From positions 32,001 to 96,000 of the forward strand of contig CAVUVW010000019.1 in NCBI GenBank assembly GCA_963745035.1: a stretch of DNA of 64,000 nt, read 5' to 3'. A program made the position numbers and the translations under genes. The notes under the pieces are model-generated. The model ran no database searches, was not told the DNA's origin, and saw nothing but the letters and a program-made list of their open reading frames with translations. Positions 11,226 through 19,794 of the stretch are shown piece by piece. Source of the DNA: an uncultured delta proteobacterium (GTDB taxonomy: Bacteria; Desulfobacterota; Binatia; UBA9968). Positions within the stretch are counted from its first letter, which is position 1. Every line of letters begins with the position of its first letter.

Positions 11226-12845
11226 ATGTCGAACGCTTCTAAAGAGCGCCCGCCGCCGTCGCGCAAGAAGCTTGGCGTGGTTGCACTGCTTTACTTCATT
11301 CAAGGCGCGCCGGCGGCGATTTTGTGGGAAGTATTGCCGGTTTATTTTCGCATCAACGGGGTGTCGCTGCGCGCCATCGGCGGACTGCGGTTGCTCGAGC
11401 TGCCATACTCATTGAAGGTCTTCTGGTCGCCGCTGGTGCACCGCTTCGGCGACCGGCGTCTCTGGATCACGGCGTGCATGTTCGGCATCGCCGCGGTGCT
11501 CTTCGCCTTGCCGTTCGCCGATGTCGCGAGCGTCGGCGTGATCGTGCTCGTCTTGATTCTTGCGCTGACCACGCTGTCGGCGACTCAGGACATCGCCATC
11601 GATTCCTATTCCGTCGGCTTGATCAATCGCGACGAAGAAGGCGCGGCCAACGGCGTGCGCGCCTCGGCCTATCGCGTCGCGCTGGTGCTCACCGGCGGCG
11701 GGCTGGTGTTTCTCGCCGCGGTGCTGGCTTGGAATGCCTTGTTCATGCTCGCCGGCGGCGTTTTCGCGCTGCTCGGTATCGCCGCGCTCGCGATTCCGCG
11801 GCTGAATTTGCCGGAGGAGGCGCGCACGCACTGGTGGCAGGGCTTTGCCGGCTGGGCCGGCACCTGGCAGGTCGTGCCGTTGATCGCCTTCGTGCTCACT
11901 TACAAGCTCGGCGAATTCGCCATCGGGCCGATGGTCAAACCTTTCTGGGTCGATTACGGCAAGTCGATCTGGCCGGCGCAGGACGACTTGATGTTTCAGA
12001 TCGGCCTTTTTCCGACGACCTTCGGCATCATCCTCAGCATCGCCGGCGCGCTCGCCGGCGGCGCGTTCATCTCGCGTTACGGGATTTTTCACGGCGTGTG
12101 GTTCCTGGGCTTGCTGCAAGCGGTATCGAACATCAGCTATTCGTTGGTCGAGTGGCTCGATCTCGGCCGCTACGGCCTGTACGGCGCATCGATGTTCGAA
12201 TCGCTGAGCGGCGGCCTCGGCACGGCGGCGTTTCTCGCGTTTCTCATGAACGTTTGCGACAAAGAGCACGCCACCGTCCAGTATGCGTTTCTCTCGTCGG
12301 TCTTTTCTCTCACCGGCCGCTTGATCGGCGGCATCAGCGGATTGGGCGCGGAAAAATACGGCTACGGCGATTACTTCGCGATCACGTTCTTGCTCTCGAT
12401 GCCGGCTTATTTGCTCTTGCCCTGGGTGAAGCAGTGGATTCACGAGGAAGGAGACGGTGGGGAAGAGAGAAGAGGCCGAGAAGAGGAGACAAGAGAGAGA
12501 AGGAGACAAGGAGAAGGGGAGATGAGGAGACCGGGGCGGCGGCTACTTGGCGCTGGGCTTGGTCCTAGCGAGCTGCCGCAGCAGGCGGCGCCAGCTCTTG
12601 AGCTCGCGCTCGGGGCGCACCCACTTCGCGGCGCGCGCGCAGCGGCGCTTCAGGGCACGATAGAACTTCGGATCGGTTTCGGCGCGCCGCAGCAAAGCGC
12701 AAAGTTTTTTTGTGTCGCCGACTGGAAAATAGCCGGGGAAATCTTTTCCCAACGTTCCGATCAGGCCGGCGATGCGGCTCGCGATCACCGGCACGCCGCT
12801 GGCCAACGCTTCGGACAACACGTTGGAGCTGCCTTCCATCTTTGA
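11226..12845 (+). CDS. AmpG-like MFS transporter (true end probably near 12450-12525)
   Basis: LYFIQG, PYSLKVFWSPLV, SATQDIAIDSY, YKLGE, ATVQYAFLSS motifs. The ORF reads on through a purine-rich repeat and about 300 nt into senB on the opposite strand. Confidence 0.8.
   Translation: MSNASKERPPPSRKKLGVVALLYFIQGAPAAILWEVLPVYFRINGVSLRAIGGLRLLELPYSLKVFWSPLVHRFGDRRLWITACMFGIAAVLFALPFADVASVGVIVLVLILALTTLSATQDIAIDSYSVGLINRDEEGAANGVRASAYRVALVLTGGGLVFLAAVLAWNALFMLAGGVFALLGIAALAIPRLNLPEEARTHWWQGFAGWAGTWQVVPLIAFVLTYKLGEFAIGPMVKPFWVDYGKSIWPAQDDLMFQIGLFPTTFGIILSIAGALAGGAFISRYGIFHGVWFLGLLQAVSNISYSLVEWLDLGRYGLYGASMFESLSGGLGTAAFLAFLMNVCDKEHATVQYAFLSSVFSLTGRLIGGISGLGAEKYGYGDYFAITFLLSMPAYLLLPWVKQWIHEEGDGGEERRGREEETRERRRQGEGEMRRPGRRLLGAGLGPSELPQQAAPALELALGAHPLRGARAAALQGTIELRIGFGAPQQSAKFFCVADWKIAGEIFSQRSDQAGDAARDHRHAAGQRFGQHVGAAFHL
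12450..12532 (+). repeat. Purine-rich GGAGAC/AAGAGA low-complexity repeat
   Basis: Repeated ggagacaag/gagaag units between convergent genes. Confidence 0.6.
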
Positions 12846-13514
12846 TGTGATGCAAGCCAGTTGGCTCTGCGCCAGCAGCCGGCGGGTGCGCCGGTGCGAT
12901 AGCTGGCCGAGCGCGCGGTAGCGCGGGTTGCGCGCGGCTTCGGCTTGGATTTTGCGCGCGAGCTTTTCGTCCAAAGCGAGGCCGATATGAATGAGCTCGA
13001 TGCGTGAATCGGCCGGTAAACGGCGCGCGGCGAGCGGCGCGCGCAGCGGGTCTTTTTCCGCGCGCAGATGCGCGATCAGACATACTCGGAAAGTTTCGTG
13101 GCGCGCGGCAGGAGCGGCGCCGACGCCGTCGGCGGACTGATAAATCACTTGAGTTTTTCGATGAAACCGCCTCGGCAACTCTCGCAAAGCCATGCGTTGA
13201 AGCACGACCAGGCGGCTCGCAAGCTCAAGCGATTGTTTAGCTTGGGCGCTGCGCCGGATATCGCGGTAAAGGTCGGTTCCGGTGAGCACGACGATCAGCG
13301 GCAGGTCGGGATGCAGCTCGTGGAAGCGGCGGATCGACGCAGCGCTGCGGCGGGCGTGGAGCGCGATCAACACGTCGCAGCGCCGCTCATCGTAAGTTTG
13401 CGTAACTCGCACCCGATGACCGAGCTTTTTGAGCAGCGCGGACCAGCGCAGCGCGGTGATGCGGTTGCCGTTGTTGATGCGCAACGGCGCGGGGGTGACG
13501 AGCTGGATATTCAC
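12543..13514 (-). CDS. senB: Selenosugar synthase SenB-like glycosyltransferase (TIGR04348 type)
   Basis: LVTPA...NNGNRITALRW, IALHARRS, VLTGTDLYRD, HLRAEKDP, SKMEGSSNVLSEA, YPGYF-like motifs; lies directly downstream of an EgtB-like gene. Confidence 0.9.
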   Translation of the reverse strand: MNIQLVTPAPLRINNGNRITALRWSALLKKLGHRVRVTQTYDERRCDVLIALHARRSAASIRRFHELHPDLPLIVVLTGTDLYRDIRRSAQAKQSLELASRLVVLQRMALRELPRRFHRKTQVIYQSADGVGAAPAARHETFRVCLIAHLRAEKDPLRAPLAARRLPADSRIELIHIGLALDEKLARKIQAEAARNPRYRALGQLSHRRTRRLLAQSQLACITSKMEGSSNVLSEALASGVPVIASRIAGLIGTLGKDFPGYFPVGDTKKLCALLRRAETDPKFYRALKRRCARAAKWVRPERELKSWRRLLRQLARTKPSAK

Positions 13515-13523
13515 GTTGTTCGG

Positions 13524-14942
13524 CTAGCGGGCGCAGGTGCGAAAGCCTGCCCAAACATCGCGCCGGTCCGGCGTGTAGAAGTTTCTCCAGGTGTTGCGAA
13601 TCAGCAGCGATGAAGTCGCCCAACAGCCGCCGCGTAAAACTTTATGCGTGCCGAACCACGGTTGAGAGTATTCCTTGTAAGGATCCGCGCTAAAGTCCGG
13701 ATAAGGTTGAAATTCGCTTGCCGTCCATTCCCACACATTCCCGAGCATTTGGCGGCAGCCGAAAGCGCTATCGCCGGCGGCATGAGCGCCAACCTCGACC
13801 AGACCGCCGGCGCGCCAATCCAGATTGGCGCAGTCGGGAGTCGCGTTTTGGTCGCCCCAGGGGAAGAGCCGGCGTGAATCGTTGCGGGCGCCGGCGTCGG
13901 GATCAGACGAAGCGGCAACCTCCCATTCCGCTTCGGTGGGAAGCCTGCGGCCGGACCAATTACAATATGCCTCTGCTTCATACCAGCTCACGTGAACGAT
14001 GGGCAGGTTTTCATTGAGCGGAACATACTGGTCATAAACGCGTTGAAGCCAGCGGCCGTTTGCTGCGCGCTTCCAATAAATCGGATGGTCGAGGCTTTCG
14101 GTGAATTCCTGTATTACGGGGGCTTCGTTCATCCCGCGCTTGAAGAACTTGGCGAAGGATTTTTCCAACTGCGGCGAGCCGCCGGATTCGAGCCACTGCC
14201 AACCCTCGTCGCTCCAGAAGCGGCGCTCGCGGTAGCCGCCTGCTTCGACGAATTCGAGAAACTCGCCGTTGGTTACCGGCGCGCGGGCGATGCGAAAAGG
14301 TTTGAGCATGACCTCGTGTGCCCATTTCTCGTTGTCGAAGACGAAGGGGAAAGCCTTGGTCGCGCCGATCAAGTATTTGCCGCCGGGGATCTCGGCATCA
14401 CCGGAACGGCCACCGCCGTCGACGGCGACCGCCCGCCCGCCTTGGACGACCGGCGCCGGATAGCCGAGCGTCTGGCGCGTGTAGGCCAGCGCTTCGGCAT
14501 GCATGGCCTCATGAAAAGACGTGAGCCAATAAAAATAAAACTCGTCGGCCGAGAGTCGCTCGGATCGTTCGAGACGACCAATGCACCGCTCGATGACTTC
14601 ATTCATGTAGCTGAGGGTTTGCTCACGGCTGGGCAACAAGAGCTCCCAGCGCGTATCATGGGCCACGTCGGTTGAATTATAGATTCGGTCGCCGTCTTCG
14701 AGCAGCGGCTTTTCCTTGCGCAGGTGGCGCAGGGCCCAGAACTCCTGCGTCCACGCCACATGGCCGATTTCCCAGAGCGGCGGATTGACGATCGCCAGGC
14801 GCGGTCCGATCATTTGCCGGTCATCGAGATCTTGCACCAGCGCCAGTGTGCGCGCGCGAAACTCGCGCATGGCTGCGATCAATGGACGCACGCCCATGGT
14901 AGCGAAGGGATCGAAGGTTTCACTGGAAATCATCGTCGGCAA
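13524..14942 (-). CDS. senA: Selenoneine synthase SenA-like (EgtB family, DinB + FGE domains)
   Basis: IVNPPLWEIGHVAW, HEAMHAE iron motif, FVFDNEKWAH, RLPTEAEWE, GNVWEW, RNFYTPDRRDVWAGFRTC; adjacent to senB. The start may be ATG 14933. Confidence 0.88.
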   Translation of the reverse strand: MPTMISSETFDPFATMGVRPLIAAMREFRARTLALVQDLDDRQMIGPRLAIVNPPLWEIGHVAWTQEFWALRHLRKEKPLLEDGDRIYNSTDVAHDTRWELLLPSREQTLSYMNEVIERCIGRLERSERLSADEFYFYWLTSFHEAMHAEALAYTRQTLGYPAPVVQGGRAVAVDGGGRSGDAEIPGGKYLIGATKAFPFVFDNEKWAHEVMLKPFRIARAPVTNGEFLEFVEAGGYRERRFWSDEGWQWLESGGSPQLEKSFAKFFKRGMNEAPVIQEFTESLDHPIYWKRAANGRWLQRVYDQYVPLNENLPIVHVSWYEAEAYCNWSGRRLPTEAEWEVAASSDPDAGARNDSRRLFPWGDQNATPDCANLDWRAGGLVEVGAHAAGDSAFGCRQMLGNVWEWTASEFQPYPDFSADPYKEYSQPWFGTHKVLRGGCWATSSLLIRNTWRNFYTPDRRDVWAGFRTCAR

Positions 14943-14985
14943 TCTGAACCCTGCTCTCTGACCGAGCCCTCTTCTCCCAGGCTCG

Positions 14986-15828
14986 CTAGCTCTTCAAAAA
15001 CGGCACGCCCAGGCGCATCAGGTCGTCGAAGGCGTCCCAATGGACCATGTGCTTGCAGCCGTTCACGATGTGAAGATTGATCTGCGGTTGCTGTTTTTTG
15101 AGCAATTCGGCGCGTTCACCGGCGTGTGCGCGGTCTTCGCGGCCGAAGATCATCAACAGCGGCATCTTCAGTTCAGTGAGCCTATCATATAGCGGCTTGG
15201 ACGCTTTTGCGCCGCCCGCGGGGGCTTCGTGATTCTGGCGTTCCTGGTGAGCTTTGAAATTACGGCCGATCATGCGGCTGTGGCGCACGGCCACGTCCTC
15301 TTCGGAAATCAAGGAATGATTGAACGTGTCCGCCTGCAAGAGTTTTCGGGCATCCTCCAAGGTCGGCTCCTTTTGCGCCATCTCCTTGTCGACGCGCGCC
15401 TGTACCGCTTCGTACCTGCCGACTTGCTCTTCGGTCTGCAGCGGCAGCAGCGAGCCGGTGCCGAGGATCATGACGTGCGAATACCGGCCGGGGTCTTCCA
15501 ATGCGAGCTGAACCGCAAAGCCGCCGGAGCGTGAATGCGCGATCAGCGCGGTCTTGCCCAGGTCCGCGGCATCGATGAACTTCGGGATGGAATTGCGTTG
15601 CTGCGGCACGCTTTGCTTCTCGGGTATGTCGGAGAGGCCAAAACCGGGAAGGTCAAAGGCAGCCGCGCGAAATCCGGCCTTGGCAAAAGGACCGAGATTG
15701 CGCAGAAACACGTCCGCGGAACTCCCGAGAGACGCACCGTGCAGAAAAAGTACCGATGGTCCTGAGCCTGCTTCGATATACCGAAGCTTCAGTCCGTCGA
15801 CTTCGACGAATTTGTCTTGATAAGCCAT
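14986..15828 (-). CDS. Alpha/beta hydrolase
   Basis: LFLHG, DLPGFGLS, AHSRSGG nucleophile elbow, C-terminal KHMVHWD. Confidence 0.85.
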   Translation of the reverse strand: MAYQDKFVEVDGLKLRYIEAGSGPSVLFLHGASLGSSADVFLRNLGPFAKAGFRAAAFDLPGFGLSDIPEKQSVPQQRNSIPKFIDAADLGKTALIAHSRSGGFAVQLALEDPGRYSHVMILGTGSLLPLQTEEQVGRYEAVQARVDKEMAQKEPTLEDARKLLQADTFNHSLISEEDVAVRHSRMIGRNFKAHQERQNHEAPAGGAKASKPLYDRLTELKMPLLMIFGREDRAHAGERAELLKKQQPQINLHIVNGCKHMVHWDAFDDLMRLGVPFLKS

Positions 15829-16067
15829 TACGTCCTCCTTGTGTCCTCGTTGGGGTTAAGTTTCGTGCAGCCTTGCTGCGTCAAGCATTGCTCTTTCCGA
15901 CGGTTCGTCATTCCGCGCGCGTTTGAAGGAAGCTCATCACAAGCGCCTGGACCTCTCCCAAGAGAATTAACGTTAAGACCCGATACAATATTCGGGTTGG
16001 CGCCGATTACGTCCTCGCCGTTTTCATCATCATCTAACGCAAATCGAACGGCATCACAACGCGGCGT

Positions 16068-17207
16068 TCAGGAAACCACCCATTGGCGCAGCTTTTTCAG
16101 CCACGGCTCGAGCTCTTTTGCCCAAGCTTGGGTTCGATGGGCCTCGATGTACTCGATTGCGGCGCGCGTTTTCTGCCGCTCACGGGCCGCCGGCGCGCGC
16201 TTTTCCCGGGTTTTTTTCGCTTCGCGATCCGCTTCGCAGAAATGTCGAATCGCGCGCCAATGGGGCAAGGTCTCGGCGCCGAAACGCTCGCCGATAATCC
16301 TCGTCCAACTCTTTTCGGCACGGTAAGCGCGCGGCGTGCGCGCATAATCGAAACAAGTGGCCAAGGGAATCAGGCTCAAGCACGGCTGCAGCATCGGATT
16401 GCTCAGATAGCCGTGAACGTACTTGCACAGATTCGGATCGCGTCCTTGGAGCGGTCCGATGTGGAGCTCGTCGCGCATCGACAAATCGTTCACCGGGTAG
16501 TTGTCCCAGAGAAGCAGCGGGCGCTCGAGGATTCCCGCGATGCGCCGCGCGTGCGCGAGCGAAATGCGCTCACAGACCACCGTTGGTCCGGTCCAAAAGC
16601 ATGGGGCATCGTCGGGGAGGTGGCGCGCCAGCGTCTCCAGAAAGCGCGGCTCGAAGCGGCCGAAGACCCGTTCGAGCAGCGTATCCTCGCTGTAGCGAGA
16701 AGGGCAAATCCACCATCGAACATCTCTCCAGCTCGCCGGCTGTGCCGCGATGATGCGCGCGAGCCACAAGGCTTCCGCCGCGGCCAGGCTGTCGTTGAAA
16801 TGATTGCGGTCCATCGAGTGAATCAAACGCGAGGGGATGTCGTCGAAAAGCACGGCAAAAGTTTTTACGCCGGCATCGTAGAACGATTGCGCTTTTTGCA
16901 GCAGGATGCGAATCGGCTTCTCTTCCGAAAACCGCAGTCCTTCGCCTGGATGAAAGCCGTAGACGAATTCGATCCGCCTTTTCTGCGCGCTTTGAATGAG
17001 TTGCAGCAGTTTTTTCCATGCCGGCCGCGGGTAGGGACGGCGCCAGAGCCGGCGATGGTACGGATCGTCCTTGGGGGCGTAAAGATACGTGTTCATGCCA
17101 CGCGCGGCGCCCAGCTCGAAGAGCGCTCGGCGCTGCGCCATCGACCAGGGCGCGCCGAAGAATCCTTCGACCACGCCGCGATATTCGAATGCGCCCGGCG
17201 TTCTCAT
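16068..17207 (-). CDS. GH84 beta-N-acetylglucosaminidase (O-GlcNAcase-like), no signal peptide
   Basis: GVVEGFFG, YLYAPKDDPYHR, FAVLFDDI catalytic Asp-Asp, FWTG, LWDNYPVND, NPM motifs. Confidence 0.9.
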   Translation of the reverse strand: MRTPGAFEYRGVVEGFFGAPWSMAQRRALFELGAARGMNTYLYAPKDDPYHRRLWRRPYPRPAWKKLLQLIQSAQKRRIEFVYGFHPGEGLRFSEEKPIRILLQKAQSFYDAGVKTFAVLFDDIPSRLIHSMDRNHFNDSLAAAEALWLARIIAAQPASWRDVRWWICPSRYSEDTLLERVFGRFEPRFLETLARHLPDDAPCFWTGPTVVCERISLAHARRIAGILERPLLLWDNYPVNDLSMRDELHIGPLQGRDPNLCKYVHGYLSNPMLQPCLSLIPLATCFDYARTPRAYRAEKSWTRIIGERFGAETLPHWRAIRHFCEADREAKKTREKRAPAARERQKTRAAIEYIEAHRTQAWAKELEPWLKKLRQWVVS

Positions 17208-17295
17208 TGAAATTCGAATCTCGCATGCCGCGCTTGTTGGAACAAGCTTGCTTGCCAAGGCCGATGTCATTGCGTAGGATCGAGCGAACATTTTT

Positions 17296-18099
17296 ATGAT
17301 GCGAGAGACGATCGTCATGATTTCCGTGTTCGGCGTCTGGCTCATGGCGGCGCTGAGCGCCGGCGCGCAAGTCAAAGAGCCGGATGACATGGTGCGCGTT
17401 CCCGGCGGAGCATTCTCGATGGGACGCAATGACGGTCCGGCGGACGAGCGGCCGCAGCACACCGTCCGTCTCGCGGAGTTTTTCATCGATCGAACCAAAG
17501 TCAGCAACGCCGCTTTTGCGATTTTTCTCAATGTCGTTGGCGCGCGCGGCCCGCGCGGCGAAAAGTACTACGACATCGACGACAACGACGCGCGGGTGCG
17601 CCGGCGCGACGGCAAGTGGCAGGCCGATGCCGGTCACGAGCGCCACCCGGTGGTCGAGGCGTCATGGGACGGCGCGCGCGCTTATTGCGCGTGGATCGGC
17701 AAGCGCTTGCCGACGGAAGCGGAATGGGAGCAGGCGGCGCGCGGCGCTGACGGGCGGAAGTATCCATGGGGCAATGAGGCGCCCGATAAATCGCGGGCGC
17801 ACTTCGGCGCCGGTTGGAACGATTTGCGCCCGGTGGGAAGCCTTCCGAAAGGCGCGTCGCCGTACGGCGCGCTCGATATGGCCGGCAACGGTTGGGAATG
17901 GGTGAGCAGTCTTTACCGGCCCTATCCCTACGATGCGCACGACGGACGCGAGGATCCGGCGGCGGATCAGCCGCGCGGCACGAGAGGCGGCGGGCATGAT
18001 TCGCCCGCCGAGGATTTGACCGTGACGCAGCGCGGCCGGCATGTGTCGCGCAACCCGCGCGGCGGGCACCACAACATCAGCTTTCGCTGCGCCCGCTGA
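17296..18099 (+). CDS. Secreted FGE-sulfatase (SUMF1) domain protein
   Basis: Signal peptide; FSMG, ERPQH, KRLPTEAEWEQAARG, YPWG, DMAGNGWEW, ISFRCAR. Confidence 0.9.
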   Translation: MMRETIVMISVFGVWLMAALSAGAQVKEPDDMVRVPGGAFSMGRNDGPADERPQHTVRLAEFFIDRTKVSNAAFAIFLNVVGARGPRGEKYYDIDDNDARVRRRDGKWQADAGHERHPVVEASWDGARAYCAWIGKRLPTEAEWEQAARGADGRKYPWGNEAPDKSRAHFGAGWNDLRPVGSLPKGASPYGALDMAGNGWEWVSSLYRPYPYDAHDGREDPAADQPRGTRGGGHDSPAEDLTVTQRGRHVSRNPRGGHHNISFRCAR

Positions 18100-18115
18100 C
18101 TAGCTTTTCGGTTTC

Positions 18116-18760
18116 ATGTCGCTTTATCTTTTACTGCAAGGCGTGCTGATGGGGTTGGTCGTCGCCGTGCCGGTGGGGCCGCTCGGATTGCTCTGCATCA
18201 ATCGCGCATTGATGATGGGGCCGACCCACGGGCTGTTCTCCGGTCTCGGCGTCGCCACCGCGGATGCGCTCGCCGCCGGCATCGCCGCTCTCGGCATTAC
18301 CCTGATATCGAGCTTCCTGAGCGCGCACCAAGTGCTTCTGCGCTTGATCGGCGGCGCGTTTCTCTGCTATCTCGGCTACGCGATCTACACTGCCGAGCCG
18401 GCTGCGCAGACGGCGATCAAGAACATCAACGGCTTGCTCGGCTGTTATGTGACGACTTTATTTCTGACCTTCTCCAATCCGGTGACGATTCTCTCCTTCG
18501 TCGCCATCTACGCCGGCTGGCATGTGCCGAGCCTGGACGGGCACTATGCGGCGGCGGCGACGTTGACCGCCGGCGTATTCACGGGTTCGGCGCTGTGGTG
18601 GGTCGGCTTGTTCCTCGGCCTGACGACATTTCGCGAGCGCTTCAACCTGCGTTTTCTTTTCTGGGTCCATCGGGCCTCGGGCGTGATCATCGCCGTGTTC
18701 GGCGTCATCGTGCTCTTGAGTCTCTCGCCTTGGGGCCAGGCGTTGGGGTTGAAACTTTGA
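18116..18760 (+). CDS. LysE-family exporter
   Basis: AVPVGP, GLGVATAD, TFSNPVTILSF, GSALWW motifs. Confidence 0.9.
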   Translation: MSLYLLLQGVLMGLVVAVPVGPLGLLCINRALMMGPTHGLFSGLGVATADALAAGIAALGITLISSFLSAHQVLLRLIGGAFLCYLGYAIYTAEPAAQTAIKNINGLLGCYVTTLFLTFSNPVTILSFVAIYAGWHVPSLDGHYAAAATLTAGVFTGSALWWVGLFLGLTTFRERFNLRFLFWVHRASGVIIAVFGVIVLLSLSPWGQALGLKL

Positions 18761-19734
18761 GCGCGCGGCCCGACTCACTGGTTCACGGCGATCGCGGCAG
18801 GGGCATTCCCGCCGGTCTCAATCTCTGTCTGGCCGGTTTCTACGTCGCGCTCAATGTGTATCAATTCATTTTCCTGCCGCTGCAGCTTTTGCCGGTAAGC
18901 CTGGCCTGGGGCTGGACCTTGCTTCCGGCGGCGCTCCTGACCAACCCGTACTGGAGCCTGATTCACGAGGCGATTCACGACCTGTTCCATCCCAACCGGA
19001 ACGTCAATGGATTTTTCGGGCGGTTGTTGTCGATCCTGTTTGGCGCGCCGTTTCGGATTCTCCGCACCAGCCATCTGGTCCACCATAAGCTCAATCGCCT
19101 GCCCGTCGAGGGGACGGAATACTACGACCGCGCTACCGGCACCAAGGCGCGCGCCGCGCCGGGATATTATTCTCAGATTTTTTTCGGGCTCTATCTCGCC
19201 GAGGCGCTGAGCCCGCTCTATTTTCTTTTGCCCAGGAGCGCGCTGGTGCGGCTGCAGAAGCGGCTGCTGAAGCCGGGCAGCGTGAGCGCCATCCTGATGG
19301 AGAATTGGCTCGGCGCCGCGGCGCTGCGCGAGATTCGCTTCGACGGCTGCCTGGCGATTTTGTGGTTGGCGCTTGCGCTAGCGTGCTACGGCGAACATTG
19401 GCCGCTGCTGGCGGCGCTCTGGCTCGCGCGGGCGTTTCTGATTTCCTTTCTCGACAACGTCTATCACTACGCCACCCCGGTGGGCGATCTGTTCTACGCG
19501 CGCAATCTCTCGCTGCCCGGTGCGTGCGCGAAGCTGCTGCTCCATTTCAACCTGCACGGCGTGCACCACGTCAACCCGGCGATCCCGTGGCGCGATCTGC
19601 CGCGCGCCTTCGACGCGCAGGCGGGAAGATACGAGGGCGATTATTTTGCCGCCGCGCTGCGCCAACTGCGCGGCCCGATCGCGCTCCAGGATCTGCCCGA
19701 AGGCTCGCCTTCGGTTCGCGTGCGGCCGTTCTAG
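18757..19734 (+). CDS. Membrane fatty-acid desaturase family protein
   Basis: His boxes HEAIH, HLVHH, HGVHH..PAIPW; the TTG start overlaps the LysE stop codon. Confidence 0.85.
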   Translation: MSARPDSLVHGDRGRGIPAGLNLCLAGFYVALNVYQFIFLPLQLLPVSLAWGWTLLPAALLTNPYWSLIHEAIHDLFHPNRNVNGFFGRLLSILFGAPFRILRTSHLVHHKLNRLPVEGTEYYDRATGTKARAAPGYYSQIFFGLYLAEALSPLYFLLPRSALVRLQKRLLKPGSVSAILMENWLGAAALREIRFDGCLAILWLALALACYGEHWPLLAALWLARAFLISFLDNVYHYATPVGDLFYARNLSLPGACAKLLLHFNLHGVHHVNPAIPWRDLPRAFDAQAGRYEGDYFAAALRQLRGPIALQDLPEGSPSVRVRPF

Positions 19735-19747
19735 GCCAGCAGGCAGA

Positions 19748-19783
19748 CTCGGTTCAAATCGTTCAAGCCGTTCAAAACGTTCC
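19748..19783 (+). repeat. 9-nt tandem repeat (GTTCAAnnC), second copy at 54371-54415
   Basis: ctcggttcaaatcgttcaagccgttcaaaacgttcc; both copies begin ctcggttcaa. Confidence 0.7.
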
Positions 19784-19794
19784 GCGGCAGTGAA

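Noticed and set aside
11226-12450. AmpG-like transporter as part of the selenosugar pathway
   Set aside because: It is convergent with senB and AmpG homologs are common housekeeping genes; the GlcNAc link is only suggestive.
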